Below are positions 1 through 8,992 of a DNA stretch of 64,000 bases, piece after piece. Made by a program: the position numbers and the translations under genes. The notes below the pieces were generated by a model. The model was not told where the DNA came from, searched no databases, and worked only from the letters and a program-made list of their open reading frames with translations. Origin of the DNA: an uncultured Gammaproteobacteria bacterium (lineage in GTDB: Bacteria; Patescibacteriota; Patescibacteriia; Patescibacteriales; UBA12465). The first letter of the stretch is position 1, and each line of letters starts with the position of its first letter. The DNA is taken from contig CAZFUP010000001.1 in the NCBI GenBank assembly GCA_964522055.1, positions 8,577-72,576 of the forward strand, given 5' to 3'.

Positions 1-19
1 ATATAGTCGTCTTGGACGC

Positions 20-931
20 TTGATTTTAATGCCAATAGAAGAAGGACAAAAATCAAAAATAACCTCAGCCAGCGGTGATAGTATAAGTTCTTTTCCTTGG
101 CTTGATAAAATAGCGCCTGATTCTAGTTTGGTTTTTGAGGATATAAATAATGATGGACAAGAAGAGATTATTATTGGTTCTGCTCCAGGCGAAGAAGCTG
201 AGGTTAGAATTTTTTCTTTAAAAGGTGATTTAATAAAAAAATTTCCGGTTGAATACGGGAATAATTTTAAAGGCGGTCTTAACATTGCTTTAGTTGGCTC
301 AACTGACAATGTTATTTCTGAAATAGCAGTTACGCCAGCTTCCAGTGGTCCTTCTGAGGTTAAAATTTTTGATTTAAATGGCCAATTAAAAAGAAGTTTC
401 TTTGCCGCTTCGCGCGAGTATCGTGGCTCTTTAAGTATTGCAGCTGGTGATTTAGAGGGGAATGGTGATGATAAAATAGTTGTAGCTTATGGTGCCGGAG
501 AAGAGCCGCATGTAAAAATTTTTGATCGCTATGGCAAGATAATTGGTGCATTTTTAGCTTATGAGAAGAATTTTCGTGGTGGCGTTTATTTAACCGTGTC
601 TAATTTGGATGGTAGGTATAATGGTAATAAAGAAGAGATAATTGTTTCCCCTGGTTTTGGCCGTAATCCAGAAGTGAAGATTTTTAACAATTATGGGCAA
701 GTACAGAAGAAGTTTTTAGCTTATGGAAAGAATTGGCATGGAGGGGTTAGAGTGGCCGCTGGGGATTTAAATAATGACGGACTTAGCGAAATAATTCTTG
801 GCGCGGCACCAGGTGCTACGCCACATGTACGTGTTTTTAATTATGCGGGCCAGCTACTTGAATCTTTTTATGCTTTTTCAAGCGATTTTGCTGGCGGCGT
901 TAAGCCTGGTATAATAAAGATAAATAATTAA
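20..931 (+). CDS. FG-GAP/VCBS-like repeat (beta-propeller) surface protein; may be 5' partial (frame is open to the window start, first in-frame start is TTG at 20)
   Basis: About five tandem ~45-aa repeats, each with a D-x-N-x-D-G...I(I/V)xG...(E/H)V(K/R)IF core (e.g. DINNDGQEEIIIGSAPGEEAEVRIF; DLNNDGLSEIILGAAPGATPHVRVF), typical of FG-GAP-type repeats. Confidence 0.5.
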   Translation: MILMPIEEGQKSKITSASGDSISSFPWLDKIAPDSSLVFEDINNDGQEEIIIGSAPGEEAEVRIFSLKGDLIKKFPVEYGNNFKGGLNIALVGSTDNVISEIAVTPASSGPSEVKIFDLNGQLKRSFFAASREYRGSLSIAAGDLEGNGDDKIVVAYGAGEEPHVKIFDRYGKIIGAFLAYEKNFRGGVYLTVSNLDGRYNGNKEEIIVSPGFGRNPEVKIFNNYGQVQKKFLAYGKNWHGGVRVAAGDLNNDGLSEIILGAAPGATPHVRVFNYAGQLLESFYAFSSDFAGGVKPGIIKINN

Positions 932-944
932 ATAAGAATAACTT

Positions 945-1970
945 ATGCCTAAGCAAATTATTTTTGACAAAAAAAATGTTATTGTCGCTGGTGGGGCTGG
1001 TTTTATCGGTTCACATCTTTGCGATGAATTAGTAAAAACCTGCAAAGTTATTTGCGTTGATGATTTTATTTCCGGTAGCGAAAAAAATATAGATCATCTT
1101 TTAGCTAATCCTGATTTTGTCTTTATCAATCACGATTTAAGCCAGCCATTTGATTTTGAAGCGGACGAATCTCTTAAGAAATTTAAGATAGAATTTCAGG
1201 GCATACAGGAAATATACAATCTAGCATGTCCTATGTCTCCTAAAAAGTTTTTAGATAATCGCTTGGATATTTTAAAGGCTAATTCAATTGTGGTCATGAA
1301 TTTATTGGAACTGGCACGGCGTTATGAAGCAAAATTTTTGCAATTTTCTTCTTCGGTTATTTATGGTCCTCGTCATAAAGATGAACCTAGTTTAAAATTT
1401 ACAGAAAGCGAACTTGGCCAGGTTGATATCTTATCTGAGCGCAGCGCTTATGATGAAGGTAAGCGTTTTGCTGAAACCATAGTTTATAATTATCGTTCTA
1501 TTTATAATATAGATGCTAAAATAGTCCGTTTATTTAGAATATATGGGCCACGCATGGAACATAATGACGATCAAATGATACCAGACTTTATCAATGATGC
1601 GCTTGATAATAAGGAGATTATTATTCCTGGTTTGGAAAATTTTTCTTCTTCTTTTTGTTATATAGAAGATGCTATAGATGCTGTTTCTAAAATTATGAAT
1701 AGTAATTTGCCAGGTCCTTTTAACATCGGATCTGATTTAGATGTCAAATTAGCAGATGTAGTTTCTTTAATTTGCAAACAGACTGGTTCTTCGTCTTTAA
1801 TTACTCATATAGATAGCCCATTGTTTGTTTCAGAATTAGTTTTACCAGATATAAAGAAAGCTAAAGATGAATTAGGCTGGATGCCAGTGGTAACTTTAGA
1901 AAATGGTTTAAAGAAAACAATTTTTGACATTGAAGCTAATAAACGTCTGCAAGGTTTTCATGCCGCTTAA
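945..1970 (+). CDS. NAD-dependent sugar epimerase/dehydratase (SDR family, UDP-glucuronate decarboxylase/UDP-sugar epimerase-like)
   Basis: N-terminal Rossmann motif VIVAGGAGFIGSHL; length and order of motifs typical of extended SDR sugar-nucleotide enzymes. Confidence 0.8.
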   Translation: MPKQIIFDKKNVIVAGGAGFIGSHLCDELVKTCKVICVDDFISGSEKNIDHLLANPDFVFINHDLSQPFDFEADESLKKFKIEFQGIQEIYNLACPMSPKKFLDNRLDILKANSIVVMNLLELARRYEAKFLQFSSSVIYGPRHKDEPSLKFTESELGQVDILSERSAYDEGKRFAETIVYNYRSIYNIDAKIVRLFRIYGPRMEHNDDQMIPDFINDALDNKEIIIPGLENFSSSFCYIEDAIDAVSKIMNSNLPGPFNIGSDLDVKLADVVSLICKQTGSSSLITHIDSPLFVSELVLPDIKKAKDELGWMPVVTLENGLKKTIFDIEANKRLQGFHAA

Positions 1971-2032
1971 AGATTATTTTCATAAAATTAAAAAAACAGC
2001 ACTTATCTAAGTGCTGTTTTAAAATAAAGTAA

Positions 2033-3076
2033 TTATTTTAAAATTTTATCTTGCAAGTCTTCTTTATCATCTGGTTTAAAAAGTATATCTTGTTGTAGCA
2101 TCATTTCTGGTATTCCGCCTATTCTAGCAGCAATAACTGGTAAATTTAACTTTTGCGCTTCGTAGATAGTGGTGGGTGAGTTTTCGTAACATAAAGAGGG
2201 AACTATTAATCTATCGCTTTTTTTCATAAAGTCATAGACATCAGAGCTTTCTAGTCTTCCTAGAAAATTAATAGCTGATGTATCATTAGCTATTTCTTTA
2301 GCTTTTTTAAGCACAGTACCATCTCCTATTATATTTAATTTTATCTCTGGCCTTATTTTTAAAGCTTCTTTAAAAGTTTTAATCAGAAATATAATACCTT
2401 TATGATTTTCAATTTGACCAACGAATAAGAAATTTTTAGCTATTTGTTTGTTTTCTGTTTTTTCTTCTTTTTTATCTATTATCATTAAAGGTTTAACTAT
2501 CAGCTTAGATTTTTTAAAGAATGATTTTTTTTGGTGTTCGTTTAAAAGCCAATGAGAAGGGGATATTACTTTAAAAGGTGAAGCAAAAAAGCGGGATGTA
2601 AAAAATTGGTATAGTTTGGCTAAGCAGCTATTTATAATATTTTCTTGGCCGAAAATTATTAAACCCGATGGATGAAGAAGCTGAATGTCATGTAAATAAT
2701 GTTCGTGCCTTATTCTCATTTTTCTTAGAAGAGCTGGTAATCTAAAGCCTATGCCCATGAGATTATGAGTAACTACTAAATCTGGTTTTTCTTTTTTTAA
2801 TATTTTCTTATAAATTTTTTTAAGAAAAAAAAGATTGTTAAGTTGCCAAATTAGTCGCCAAAAAAAGCAATAATTTGCTAGATTAAAATAATGAGAATTA
2901 ATAAAATATGAAAGACAGCTATTTTCTAGGGGTGTTTTAGCTTTTGGTGGTTTAGTGCTTATTAGAAAAACATCATGACCATCTTTTTGATAATCATTTA
3001 TCATTTTCTGGACCACTTTTTCCGCACCGCCACGACTAAAGGGACCATACAGATTGTTTATTAGAGCAATTTTCAT
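2033..3076 (-). CDS. Glycosyltransferase, GT4/GT1 family
   Basis: GT-B fold C-terminal region (IGDGTVLKK...PSLCYENSPTTIYEAQKLNLPVIAARIGGIPE) typical of GT4 enzymes. Confidence 0.7.
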   Translation of the reverse strand: MKIALINNLYGPFSRGGAEKVVQKMINDYQKDGHDVFLISTKPPKAKTPLENSCLSYFINSHYFNLANYCFFWRLIWQLNNLFFLKKIYKKILKKEKPDLVVTHNLMGIGFRLPALLRKMRIRHEHYLHDIQLLHPSGLIIFGQENIINSCLAKLYQFFTSRFFASPFKVISPSHWLLNEHQKKSFFKKSKLIVKPLMIIDKKEEKTENKQIAKNFLFVGQIENHKGIIFLIKTFKEALKIRPEIKLNIIGDGTVLKKAKEIANDTSAINFLGRLESSDVYDFMKKSDRLIVPSLCYENSPTTIYEAQKLNLPVIAARIGGIPEMMLQQDILFKPDDKEDLQDKILK

Positions 3077-4201
3077 TTATTTAAAAAGTTTGTTTAATTC
3101 ATTTTCCATTTTTTTTAAATCGTATTTTTTTTCGGCTAATTCTCTGGCCGCTATTGCCATTTTTCGGCGCAAGTCCTCATTGTTTAAAACAAAGTCTATT
3201 TTCTTTTTTAAATCATGGCTATCTTGTGGTTCCGCCACTAGGCCTTCTTTATTAGGGGTAAAGACTCGTCTTACTCCTGGTAAGTTGGAAGCAATGACTG
3301 GGACGCCACAAGCTAAAGCCTCAATTAGAACTATACCGAAAGCTTCGTTATTGTTAATAGAAGGGAGAATAAATAAATCAGCATTTTGAAAAGATCGAAT
3401 TAATTCTTTTTCTTCCAAACGTCCTAAAAACTCAACTTTATTTTCTAGTTTCAGATTTTTAGCTTGTTCTTCGTAGCGCCATTTTCTGTTGCCATCGCCT
3501 ACTATTTTTAATTTCCAATTGCGTTTAGTGGTTAGAAAAAGGGCTTCTAATAAAACTTCTATGCCTTTAAAATAATGAGCTTGATCTAAACCACCAACAA
3601 AAAGTAGGTTAAGGTCACGCTTAATGAATTTATCATTTACATAGCGGATAATAGCCTGAGCTTTGGCCAGGCTTTTGTTTTTTTGTTTTTGGTTAATTAG
3701 TTTAGGTTGGAATTTTTTTATATCTATACCAAAGGGAATTTCTTGAAATTTTTCTTTATGCTTGAAATAGTATTTTTTTATTGAGCTTGATTTTATATAA
3801 TCTAAACTAGCGCAAACAATAGTCTCAGCTTGATTTAAAAGAGATCTTAAAATCAAGCGACTAGGCAGGCTTAGTATTTTAGCTAACAAACTAAGACCTT
3901 TAACGTCCATGTGGTAATGAATAATTAATTTTTGTTTTTTGTGAAAAATTTTAAAAAGCCAAACTATTTCCGCTGTGCCAAAGAATGGATAATGAAGATA
4001 AATATAATCAAATTTTTTTAATTGCCAAAGTAGTTGGGGGAAGAAGGCCCCATGGCCATAACGTAAAAAAGCCTTAGTTGTATAAGGGGTAAAAGTTTTT
4101 ATTTCATGTTTATCACTTAACAATTCATTTATTTGTTTAGCGCTGTTTCCCATACCGCCGGCATAAGGGGGATAGGCGCAGACAATAGAAGCTATTTTCA
4201 T
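3077..4201 (-). CDS. Glycosyltransferase, GT4/GT1 family
   Basis: EAFGIVLIEALACGVPVIASNLPG motif (GT4 E-x7-E region); contiguous with preceding GT gene on same strand. Confidence 0.75.
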   Translation of the reverse strand: MKIASIVCAYPPYAGGMGNSAKQINELLSDKHEIKTFTPYTTKAFLRYGHGAFFPQLLWQLKKFDYIYLHYPFFGTAEIVWLFKIFHKKQKLIIHYHMDVKGLSLLAKILSLPSRLILRSLLNQAETIVCASLDYIKSSSIKKYYFKHKEKFQEIPFGIDIKKFQPKLINQKQKNKSLAKAQAIIRYVNDKFIKRDLNLLFVGGLDQAHYFKGIEVLLEALFLTTKRNWKLKIVGDGNRKWRYEEQAKNLKLENKVEFLGRLEEKELIRSFQNADLFILPSINNNEAFGIVLIEALACGVPVIASNLPGVRRVFTPNKEGLVAEPQDSHDLKKKIDFVLNNEDLRRKMAIAARELAEKKYDLKKMENELNKLFK

Positions 4202-4205
4202 GTAA

Positions 4206-4532
4206 TTATTTTTTTAAGCTTAAGGCTTCATTTAGCTTACTTATGTTTTTATCCATTTTAGCGATTTTAAGACGGAGGCGAAAAACTTGATAAAGTAAAA
4301 CTAAAACTGCTAAATAGACCAAGAAGTTTATCGCTGCTCCGGAAAAACCTAATATAGCAAGTAAGGCATCAATTTTTTTAATAAAAATAATAGCAGCTAG
4401 GGCTAAAAGCCAGAAGATAAGCCAGAGTAAAAATTCGCTACCATTTATTTCTTTTTTCTTTTTTTGTTTAAAAAGACGAAGCAGGAAGAATAGAATTATG
4501 ATAATGGCGATAAATTGTTGAAGCATATACAA
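4206..4532 (-). CDS. Small 3-TM membrane protein, DUF2304-like (commonly paired with GT2 genes)
   Basis: 108 aa, three hydrophobic helices plus C-terminal coiled tail; sits immediately downstream of a GT2 gene, as DUF2304 proteins typically do. Confidence 0.4.
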   Translation of the reverse strand: MYMLQQFIAIIIILFFLLRLFKQKKKKEINGSEFLLWLIFWLLALAAIIFIKKIDALLAILGFSGAAINFLVYLAVLVLLYQVFRLRLKIAKMDKNISKLNEALSLKK

Positions 4533-4535
4533 TAT

Positions 4536-5198
4536 TTAATTAATTAATTTTTGAATAATAATATCTTTTAATATCCTAAATCCACCACCTAGTCCTTGTC
4601 CGTATTCATGATAGATAACTTTAATAGGGACTTCTACAACCCTATCTCCGTTTTGAAAAAGACGATGGATTATCTCACTGCAGTGAGCCATCCTATCATT
4701 TTCAATTTTTAAATTCTTGGCGCTTTTGCGACTTAGGACGCGAAAACCACTTTGCGGATCGCTAAGGCGAATATTGAAAAAAAGGCGATTAATGAGACGA
4801 GCAAGCGGCATAATGACATGTTTTTTAAATTTGGGGAGATTAGAGTCTATTCCCAAAAAACGAGAGCCCAAAACAGCATCGGCTTTATTTTCTAAAATAG
4901 GTTTAACAAGGGCAGGGATGTCACTGGCTTGAAATTGATCATCGCCGTCAAAATGAACTATTATATCAGCACCTCTTTCAAGCGCTAAATTGGTGCCGGT
5001 TCTTAGCGCTGCTCCTTGGCCACGATTAATGATATGCCTTACAACCACCGCTTTAGTTTGGCTGGCAATAGTAAAGGTTTTATCTTTTGAGCCGTCATCT
5101 ACAACTATTATTTCATCGCTAAAAGACTGTAATTTTTCAATTATAGTCTTTATCTTTTTTTCTTCGTTATAAGCGGGAACAACGCAACTTATCTTCAT
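4536..5198 (-). CDS. Glycosyltransferase family 2 (polyprenol-phosphate sugar transferase, Dpm1/GtrB-like)
   Basis: N-terminal SCVVPAYNEE...VVDDGSKDKT and DGDDQ motifs characteristic of GT2/GT-A enzymes. Confidence 0.8.
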   Translation of the reverse strand: MKISCVVPAYNEEKKIKTIIEKLQSFSDEIIVVDDGSKDKTFTIASQTKAVVVRHIINRGQGAALRTGTNLALERGADIIVHFDGDDQFQASDIPALVKPILENKADAVLGSRFLGIDSNLPKFKKHVIMPLARLINRLFFNIRLSDPQSGFRVLSRKSAKNLKIENDRMAHCSEIIHRLFQNGDRVVEVPIKVIYHEYGQGLGGGFRILKDIIIQKLIN

Positions 5199-5200
5199 AT

Positions 5201-6223
5201 TTAAACAATTAAACCATTCTTTTTTTTATGGCGATAATCTTCTTTTAAGGAATGATAGCCATTTATAGTAGCTAGCTTAGCTGTCTTATGCCAAAAATCT
5301 GACTTATCTTTTTTAGACTTGCTTTCTAGTAAAAAATTTTTGATATTTTTATTTATTTCTAAAAATTCAAATAAGGCAATATTTTTTCTAGATAAGCGCT
5401 TTTTTTTATTGCCTGCATTCAGGCTTCTTTTTAAAGGATATATTCTTTGGTTGATGATAAGATGAAGATTGTCTATTTTTTCTTTTAGAGGTCTTTTTAA
5501 TTTTAGAATTGTTTCCAGTATCTTCCAGCTAGAATCAGAACTAGCAAGCCCTAATACCAATCGACCAGTGTTGGCGGCTGTGATAGCTTTTTGCCAATTT
5601 ATTTCTGAGTTAAGCGGGGCAATAATAATATCTGAATCGAGGTTAAGGATTTTATCCCAATTATAATTGTTTGCCTCAAGGCAATTTATATTTTCAAATT
5701 CATTCTCTAGGTTAAGTCCGAGGGAATAAGCACTTATTTTTGGACTATCTAATTCTTTAATAACAGCATTTAAGGTGGTACTTTTTCCTTGATTATCAGG
5801 TGAGCTGATAATAATTAGTCCGGATTTTTTCTTGAGTAAGCTTTTCAAAGTTTTAAGTTGCTCTCTTTCCATGCCTAATTGATTAAGGCGTAGTAATTGT
5901 TTTTCTTTAGGGATTATTTTGATTGTTATTCTATTGCCAAATTCAGAGGGGGTAATGCTTAAATAAAAACTGAGGCGATAATTAGAATCCAAAAAACGAC
6001 AATATTTTTTTTTAACAAGTTCATTGGAGGTTAGTTTAAAAATTTGCTCCAAACTATTATTTAAGTCTTTTTCTAGTTTTTTAGGCAGGGTAAAAGAATG
6101 ACTTTCGTTTCCTTGAAAAAAGTACTCTAAAGAAATGCCTTGTTTTTTGTTTTCTAAAGATATTTCGCTAGCTTCTTTAAAGGCAGCGTATTTAAATATC
6201 TTATTTATAATTTTTTTTGCCAT
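5201..6223 (-). CDS. Type II/IV secretion ATPase (PilB/PilT/GspE) family homolog with degenerate catalytic motifs (probable pseudo-ATPase)
   Basis: R(I)SxxPTxxGNRITIKII...LNQLG...GLIIISSPDNQGKSTTLNAV aligns to the GspE/PilB RVSTxPTxxGEKVVMRLL...GLILVTGPTGSGKSTTLYA region. AITAANTGRLVLGLASSDSS aligns to ALTAAETGHLVFxTLHTNSA. Walker A glycines, the Walker B Glu and the His-box His are substituted. Confidence 0.55.
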   Translation of the reverse strand: MAKKIINKIFKYAAFKEASEISLENKKQGISLEYFFQGNESHSFTLPKKLEKDLNNSLEQIFKLTSNELVKKKYCRFLDSNYRLSFYLSITPSEFGNRITIKIIPKEKQLLRLNQLGMEREQLKTLKSLLKKKSGLIIISSPDNQGKSTTLNAVIKELDSPKISAYSLGLNLENEFENINCLEANNYNWDKILNLDSDIIIAPLNSEINWQKAITAANTGRLVLGLASSDSSWKILETILKLKRPLKEKIDNLHLIINQRIYPLKRSLNAGNKKKRLSRKNIALFEFLEINKNIKNFLLESKSKKDKSDFWHKTAKLATINGYHSLKEDYRHKKKNGLIV

Positions 6224-6321
6224 AGTACTATTATTATAGCGTATTTTGTATTATTATAAAATATGTTAGAATAATTGTATTAAGCCTTATTTTAAAGACT
6301 TATTCTTAGATTTCCGATTTT

Positions 6322-6735
6322 ATGTCTTATTCTAGTTTTTATGCTCGTTTTTATTCCCGTCTAGAGAAAATAAAGGACTCTTTTTTGGAAATTTTCTCTT
6401 ATCGCTCTGGGGTTGTTTATGTCATTCTCTTGTCTTTTTATCAGCTTATTTTGTGGCTTGAAGCCTTTTTTATTAAAAAAATCTTGAGCGGGAAAATTGT
6501 AGTTTTACATTATAATATTGATTTCGGGATAGATCTTGTCGCCCCAGCTGCCTATATTTATTACTACCCATTACTAGCCTTAATAGTTGTGTTTTTAAAT
6601 TTTATACTGCTAATGTTTTTCTATAAGCGAAAAAATTTAAATGTTTTGATAAATTATCTTTTAGGAGGGGCTTTGCTTTTTAGTATTATTCTAAGCTTGG
6701 TTCTTCTGTCTGTTTATTTAATTAATTTTCGTTAA
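6322..6735 (+). CDS. Hypothetical integral membrane protein
   Basis: 137-aa ORF with several hydrophobic helices, immediately upstream of mraY; no recognisable motif. Confidence 0.35.
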   Translation: MSYSSFYARFYSRLEKIKDSFLEIFSYRSGVVYVILLSFYQLILWLEAFFIKKILSGKIVVLHYNIDFGIDLVAPAAYIYYYPLLALIVVFLNFILLMFFYKRKNLNVLINYLLGGALLFSIILSLVLLSVYLINFR

Positions 6736-6741
6736 TCTATT

Positions 6742-7791
6742 ATGTTAGGATTCTACTTAATTAAAATTCTATTTTTTTCAGTTTTAGCCTTTGCTGTTTC
6801 TTTTTTACTTACGCCAATCTTAACTCATTTTTTATATAAGTATAAATTAGGGAAGCAAATTAGAAATAGTGGATCCACTCCTATTTTTAGTGAACTTCAT
6901 GCACATAAGGCGGGAACGCCAACAATGGGGGGTGTTTTGATTTGGGGAACTTTGTTTATTTTAATTATCTTATTTTCTTTTTTTGCCGATGTTTTTCCTG
7001 ATAGTATTTTTAGGCATTTGAATTTTTTATCACGTTCTGAAACTTTATTACCACTGGGCGCTTTAATTGCAACTGCCTTAATTGGTTTAGTTGATGATTG
7101 GTTGGATGTTCGTGGCAAGGGAGTAAAAGGTGGCGGTGGATTAAAATTGCGCCATCGTTTGCTTGTTTATACCTTTATCGCTATTATCGGCGCTTTATGG
7201 TTTTATTTTAAACTTGATTGGACGATTTTTCATATTCCATTTTTAGGAAACTTTGAAATTGGTCCTTGGTATATTCCTATTTTTATTTTAGTGATAGTAG
7301 CAACTTCTTTTTCTGTTAACGAGACTGATGGTTTGGATGGTTTGTCAGGGGGAACATTGCTAGTTGCTTTTCTTTCTTATGGTATTATCGCTTTTTCTCT
7401 AGGACGTTATGATTTAGCCACTTTTTGTGCGGTTATAATTGGTGCTCTATCTGCTTTTTTGTGGTTTAATATTCCGCCAGCTCGTTTTTACATGGGAGAT
7501 ACGGGAGCGATGAGTCTAGGGGTAACACTTGGTATTATTGCCATGTTAACCAATAATGCCTTACTGCTTTTATTTTTTGGTCTTGTTTTTATAATTGAAT
7601 CTTTATCAGTTATTATTCAACTTATTTCTAAACGTTTGTTTAAGCGCAAGGTTTTTCTATCATCACCAATTCATCATCACTTTCAAGCAGTTGGCTGGTC
7701 TGAAGCTAAAGTAGTGATGCGCTTCTGGGTTATATCAGCCATGGGAGCAGTTACTGGCCTTATTATCTTTCTCCTTGATCAGAAATTTTAG
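6742..7791 (+). CDS. mraY: Phospho-N-acetylmuramoyl-pentapeptide transferase
   Basis: Conserved MraY motifs GLVDDWLDVRG, NETDGLDGL, FYMGDTGAMSLG; 10 TM topology. Confidence 0.9.
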   Translation: MLGFYLIKILFFSVLAFAVSFLLTPILTHFLYKYKLGKQIRNSGSTPIFSELHAHKAGTPTMGGVLIWGTLFILIILFSFFADVFPDSIFRHLNFLSRSETLLPLGALIATALIGLVDDWLDVRGKGVKGGGGLKLRHRLLVYTFIAIIGALWFYFKLDWTIFHIPFLGNFEIGPWYIPIFILVIVATSFSVNETDGLDGLSGGTLLVAFLSYGIIAFSLGRYDLATFCAVIIGALSAFLWFNIPPARFYMGDTGAMSLGVTLGIIAMLTNNALLLLFFGLVFIIESLSVIIQLISKRLFKRKVFLSSPIHHHFQAVGWSEAKVVMRFWVISAMGAVTGLIIFLLDQKF

Positions 7792-7819
7792 TTTAATTGT
7801 TGTGCTTTGAAAATAAATT

Positions 7820-8974
7820 ATGTTTTTAAAAACTTGGCGAAAAAAAATTTTTAATACGCGGCCAAACGAACATGAGCCTGATAAAAGTTTAATTAGTGCG
7901 GTCTTTTTTCTGCTAATTTTTGGATTAGTGATGCTTTTTAGTGCTTCATCGGTTGTCTCTTATGCTCGTTTTGGCAATACTTATCATTATTTTTTTCGTC
8001 AGTTTGTTTGGATTATTTTGTCTGTTGGCTTATTTTATTTAGTTAGCAAAATTGATTATCGGATTTTGAAAAAATTTGCTTCTTTTTTTCTCTTAGCCTC
8101 TATTCTTTTACTTATTTTAGTGTTTATTCCTGGCCTGCGAGCTGAATATGGAACTGCTCGTAGTTGGATTAATATTTTTGGTTATTCTTTCCAACCATCA
8201 GAGCTTGTAAAGCTTTCTTTTTTAATTTATTTGGCGACCTGGTTAGAAGCGAAGGGCGGCCAGCTTAATAGCGCTTCTTCTGGGATTATTCCTTTTTTAA
8301 TTGTTTTATTCCTTATTTCGGTTTTAATGTTTTTGCAGCCAGATCTTGGCACTTTATGTATTATTGTTGCTATGGCGGTTATGGTCTTTTTTGCCGGTGG
8401 CGGCAAGATTTTTCACCTCCTTCTAACTGGCGCCTTACTCGCCTTGGTTCTTTTTTCCGTTTTTAGTTTAAAAGGTGATAATTATCAAATGGATAGGTTT
8501 AAATGTTTAAAGGATCCAAGTTATAGTGCCCAAGATAAGTGTTATCAGATTAATCAATCTTTAATTGCAATTGGCTCTGGTGGTTGGTTTGGTAGGGGAA
8601 TAGGACAAAGTCGTCAAAAGTTTATGTATTTACCTGAAGTTTGGGGAGATTCAATTTTTCCAATTATTGCTGAAGAGATTGGTTTTGTTTTTAGCTCTCT
8701 TTTGATTTTACTTTATCTTTTTATCTTTTATCGGGGGCTTTTAATTGCCAGGGCTGCGCCAGATCTTTATGGCAGCATACTAGCTATTGGTATAGTTGCT
8801 TGGTTGTCGGTACAAACCTTTTTAAATATAGGTGGGATGATAAATTTAATTCCTATGACAGGAGTACCTTTGCCTTTTATTTCTGCTGGCGGATCTTCAA
8901 TTATGGCCAGCTTGCTGGCAATGGGAATTTTAGTTAATATCAGTAAACAGACTAAACAGTCTTATCGGCGTTAG
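7820..8974 (+). CDS. ftsW: SEDS-family peptidoglycan polymerase FtsW/RodA
   Basis: Polytopic membrane protein with SEDS signature region (GGWFGRGIGQS...LPEVWGDSIFPIIAEEIGF); position between mraY and murG. Confidence 0.8.
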   Translation: MFLKTWRKKIFNTRPNEHEPDKSLISAVFFLLIFGLVMLFSASSVVSYARFGNTYHYFFRQFVWIILSVGLFYLVSKIDYRILKKFASFFLLASILLLILVFIPGLRAEYGTARSWINIFGYSFQPSELVKLSFLIYLATWLEAKGGQLNSASSGIIPFLIVLFLISVLMFLQPDLGTLCIIVAMAVMVFFAGGGKIFHLLLTGALLALVLFSVFSLKGDNYQMDRFKCLKDPSYSAQDKCYQINQSLIAIGSGGWFGRGIGQSRQKFMYLPEVWGDSIFPIIAEEIGFVFSSLLILLYLFIFYRGLLIARAAPDLYGSILAIGIVAWLSVQTFLNIGGMINLIPMTGVPLPFISAGGSSIMASLLAMGILVNISKQTKQSYRR

Positions 8975-8992
8975 TTTGATAGATATAATTTT

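Noticed and set aside
3054-3389. 111-aa plus-strand ORF overlapping the two GT4 genes (and similar small antisense ORFs at 360-551, 4717-4932, 4990-5172, 13323-13649)
   Set aside because: All are embedded antisense within confidently assigned genes and have low-complexity composition; treated as non-coding.
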